DNA of 64,000 nt from Candidatus Nealsonbacteria bacterium (GTDB lineage Bacteria; Patescibacteriota; Minisyncoccia; Minisyncoccales; RBG-13-36-15). Of this stretch, positions 61,862 through 64,000 are shown one piece after another. Position numbers and translations under genes: made by a program. Every line of letters begins with the position of its first letter. Position 1 is the first letter of the stretch. Location of the stretch: NCBI GenBank assembly GCA_011050465.1, contig DRFQ01000009.1, positions 128,334 through 192,333 on the forward strand. The letters are read 5' to 3'. The notes under the pieces were generated by a model. That model was not told where the DNA came from. It saw nothing but the letters and a program-made list of their open reading frames with translations, and ran no database searches.

Positions 61862-62521
61862 ATGTTAACATACGCTGATTTAAAAAAAGGAGTGAAAATT
61901 ATTCTTCAAGGAGAGCCTTATGAAATTTTGGAAGCTCAGCCTCTAAAGAAAGCTCAGCGAAGAGTGATAATCCAAACTAGAATTAAAAATCTTATTACCG
62001 GCAATGTTATTTCCAGAAACTTTCATCAAAACGAAACTGCCGAAGAAGCCAATCTTTCAAAAACTGAAGTAAAGTTCTTATTTTCGAAAGAAGAGAGAAA
62101 ACAAGGTTCTGGCAAAGACAGGTTCTTATTTTCGAAAGAAGAGAGAAAACAAGGTTCTGGCACTTCGTCTTCCGAGAAGGTGAATCGCCATCGATATTTC
62201 TTTTGCGAGAAAGATAATCCTGCCAAACGTTTTGATTTAACTAAAACACAAATAGGCCCACAGGCTCAGTTCTTAAAACCGAACCAAGTTGTCAGCACAA
62301 TAATTTTCGAGGACAAAGTCATTAGTGTTTCCTTACCGATAAAAATTCAACTAAAAATTATTGAAGCTCCGCCGGGTATAAAAGGCAATAGATCACAGCC
62401 AGGAACCAAAATAGCAACCATAGAAACTGGGGCTAAAATAAATGTTCCTCTTTTTATTAAAGAAGGTGATATTATTGAAATAAATACAGAAACCGGAGAA
62501 TATGTGAAAAGAATTAATTAA
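61862..62521 (+). CDS. efp: elongation factor P with an internal duplication-derived insertion
   Basis: YADLKKG..I..GEPYEILEA N-terminus and C-terminal VPLFIKEGDIIEINTETGEYVKR. 219 aa versus about 185 typical. Confidence 0.9.
   Translation: MLTYADLKKGVKIILQGEPYEILEAQPLKKAQRRVIIQTRIKNLITGNVISRNFHQNETAEEANLSKTEVKFLFSKEERKQGSGKDRFLFSKEERKQGSGTSSSEKVNRHRYFFCEKDNPAKRFDLTKTQIGPQAQFLKPNQVVSTIIFEDKVISVSLPIKIQLKIIEAPPGIKGNRSQPGTKIATIETGAKINVPLFIKEGDIIEINTETGEYVKRIN
62074..62162 (+). repeat. 48-bp tandem duplication inside efp
   Basis: GTTCTTATTTTCGAAAGAAGAGAGAAAACAAGGTTCTGGCA occurs at 62074 and again at 62122 (41 nt identical). It encodes FLFSKEERKQGSG twice. Confidence 0.95.
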
Positions 62522-62581
62522 AAAATATTTTCTTTCTCGTATAAAACAAAAAGTGGTCCAGATATGGACCACTTTAATAAT

Positions 62582-63583
62582 TTAGTAACAAATTCCTTCC
62601 AATTGTTCCTTGGGAAGTATGCCCCCGGCGACAATGGTATCTGCGCCGCCGTAGTAGACATAGATGTCATCTCCCCCGGTATCTACCGCTGCGCAACAGA
62701 AGCATACGTTGGGCACGCATCCAGTAGTTTCGTATTCTTCGGTGGGCCACAAAATGGGCTCAGGATGAATATAGTTTACCTTGGTTGGATCGTGTAGATC
62801 CAAAACCGCGAATCCGAGGCTGTATACCACCCTCTCCACATCATAACGACTCTCTTTGCTAGAAGTATTAATTAGCAATAACCACCCCTTTGGAGTTTTG
62901 ATTGGTGGAGAGGCAATGCTAATTTTCCAGGGCTTAATTTCGTTGCGTGGATTTGGATATAATTCTTCTGATTTAATAAGAATCTGACCATCCGGCCAGT
63001 TGTTATTAAGGTTGAGGTCTTCATTCCTTGAAATCCAGATATGTGGATACGTTCTGTGAAGCAAAAATGCGCAATTCCCTATTGGTTCAGGGAAGACCAC
63101 AGTATTCCTGTCTACTCGATTAAAAGAAAAACCTACCCATTCATATTCAAAGAAGTCTCTTGTTCTGAAAATTCCCACTCGCACATTGTCAGATTTGGCA
63201 GTGGCAGATTTGACGGCGGTAAAGATATAATACCATCCGTCGACCCATTGAATGATTCTCGGATCTTCAATTCCCCGTGCACAGTATTGATTAAAGCCAC
63301 TTCTTAATACCGGCTCATCATGGATAGACCAGTTTTTTCCGTCCTCACTCAAGGCCAGCCCAATATCAGAATATTGGTGGTCCTTGCGAGAAGTGGCTCT
63401 AAATAACATTTTATAAAAACCATCTTTATCATCTTTGATTACGCCGCAATTAAATACGGCGACTTTCATCCAGGAACTATTTGGATCAGGAACTATCAGG
63501 GGATTGTGAGAAAACCTCTTAATCTGAATTTTTTTGGTGTATGTCCCGCTTCTTTTTGGACGAGAAACCTCAGGAGTTACCAT
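62582..63583 (-). CDS. GH130-like glycoside phosphorylase/hydrolase (DUF377-type beta-propeller)
   Basis: NPLIVP..., AVFNCGVI, GIEDPRI and YYGGADT pattern. Confidence 0.7.
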   Translation of the reverse strand: MVTPEVSRPKRSGTYTKKIQIKRFSHNPLIVPDPNSSWMKVAVFNCGVIKDDKDGFYKMLFRATSRKDHQYSDIGLALSEDGKNWSIHDEPVLRSGFNQYCARGIEDPRIIQWVDGWYYIFTAVKSATAKSDNVRVGIFRTRDFFEYEWVGFSFNRVDRNTVVFPEPIGNCAFLLHRTYPHIWISRNEDLNLNNNWPDGQILIKSEELYPNPRNEIKPWKISIASPPIKTPKGWLLLINTSSKESRYDVERVVYSLGFAVLDLHDPTKVNYIHPEPILWPTEEYETTGCVPNVCFCCAAVDTGGDDIYVYYGGADTIVAGGILPKEQLEGICY

Positions 63584-63785
63584 GTTCCATTCCTTTCCTC
63601 ACTGTTGTTTCTTGCGTTTCGTGCAGAATATTCAATTATTAACGAACACTCCCCCTTTAGTATGATGACGCAGGGAAATTCACCTTATTACACTTACGAC
63701 ATAACATATTTTAAAAAATATGTCAATATTAAAATTGTCTTTTCAAATAAAAATCGCCAATTTGGCACTAACCCCGCAGGGAAAC

Positions 63786-64000
63786 TTATTTTTCCTTTAG
63801 CCACACCACCGCCTTTTTTTTGGAATTAAAGAATCCCGTCCTTGGCAATTTGCCGGACAGTTTTACTATCAAATACGCCACCGTTCTGTAGAAAGGATTC
63901 AGTCCAATACAAGCAATCTTATTTACTTGTTGTTTGGCTATCATCTTTATATAACGTTCCTGCTCTCTGGGTGACATGGGTTTAAACTTTTTAATACGAG
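63786..64000 (-). CDS. STAS/SpoIIAA-like protein, 5'-truncated by the window edge
   Basis: The reading frame stays open to position 64000. The C-terminal FFNSKKKAVVWLKE pattern is typical of DUF3478/STAS proteins. Confidence 0.35.
   Translation of the reverse strand, partial: RIKKFKPMSPREQERYIKMIAKQQVNKIACIGLNPFYRTVAYLIVKLSGKLPRTGFFNSKKKAVVWLKEK

Noticed and set aside
3179-63307. Numerous 60-120-aa track ORFs nested antisense or out of frame inside well-supported genes. Examples: 3179..3439, 6110..6412, 7303..7581, 13018..13224, 14364..14633, 26894..27145, 30085..30348, 36295..36603, 42195..42446, 47001..47334, 51067..51318, 58852..59124, 63041..63307.
   Set aside because: Each overlaps a gene with clear family motifs. 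They lack start-site signals and have low-complexity or hydrophobic shadow-frame composition.
1-64000. Diversity-generating retroelement, retron, transposase/IS, prophage structural genes, toxin-antitoxin pairs, rRNA/tRNA genes.
   Set aside because: No reverse-transcriptase (YxDD), DDE/HUH transposase, capsid/terminase/portal-like ORFs or template/variable repeat pair was seen, and no cloverleaf or rRNA-like sequence was found. Absence is judged by eye only.

Overview
AT-rich, gene-dense, mostly minus-strand window with small proteins, which looks like a streamlined, CPR/Patescibacteria-like bacterial chromosome (inference from gene content only). All calls rest on motif recognition by eye; no BLAST or HMM search was possible. 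The core genes are rpmA, uppS, trxA, cysS, pyrB, obg, gltX, a dcw block (murG-ftsW-murD-mraY plus a DD-carboxypeptidase), aspS, murC, fmt and efp. Four accessory stretches interrupt this backbone. (1) At 25.5-36.95 kb lies an 11.4-kb co-directional island of helicase, nuclease and methyltransferase genes. It holds a Nudix-like/UvrD fusion with a Cas4-like nuclease, a ParB-N/PD-ExK fusion with Dam, a DUF4268-like protein, a Cx3Cx3C radical-SAM-like protein with a TcmP-like partner, and DUF262-HNH with an EcoRI-M-like methylase. The island is bracketed by a 14-bp inverted repeat. (2) At 36.95-41.15 kb lies an array of self-contained small-gene cassettes that reuse near-identical promoter and terminator modules, interleaved with structured non-coding elements. 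(3) A 75-bp, 74/75-identical inverted repeat pair (41172-41246 and 45285-45359) carries inward-facing promoters around a 4-kb segment that includes obg. (4) Three more promoter-ORF-terminator cassettes and an orphan structured transcript sit beside a tyrosine recombinase at 6.9-9.8 kb. Genome-wide quirks are visible too. Many core genes look leaderless (-10 box, 6 nt, ATG), and a GC-rich mini-repeat sits in frame inside aspS. efp carries a 48-bp internal tandem duplication. I found no rRNA, tRNA, CRISPR array, transposase or reverse transcriptase.
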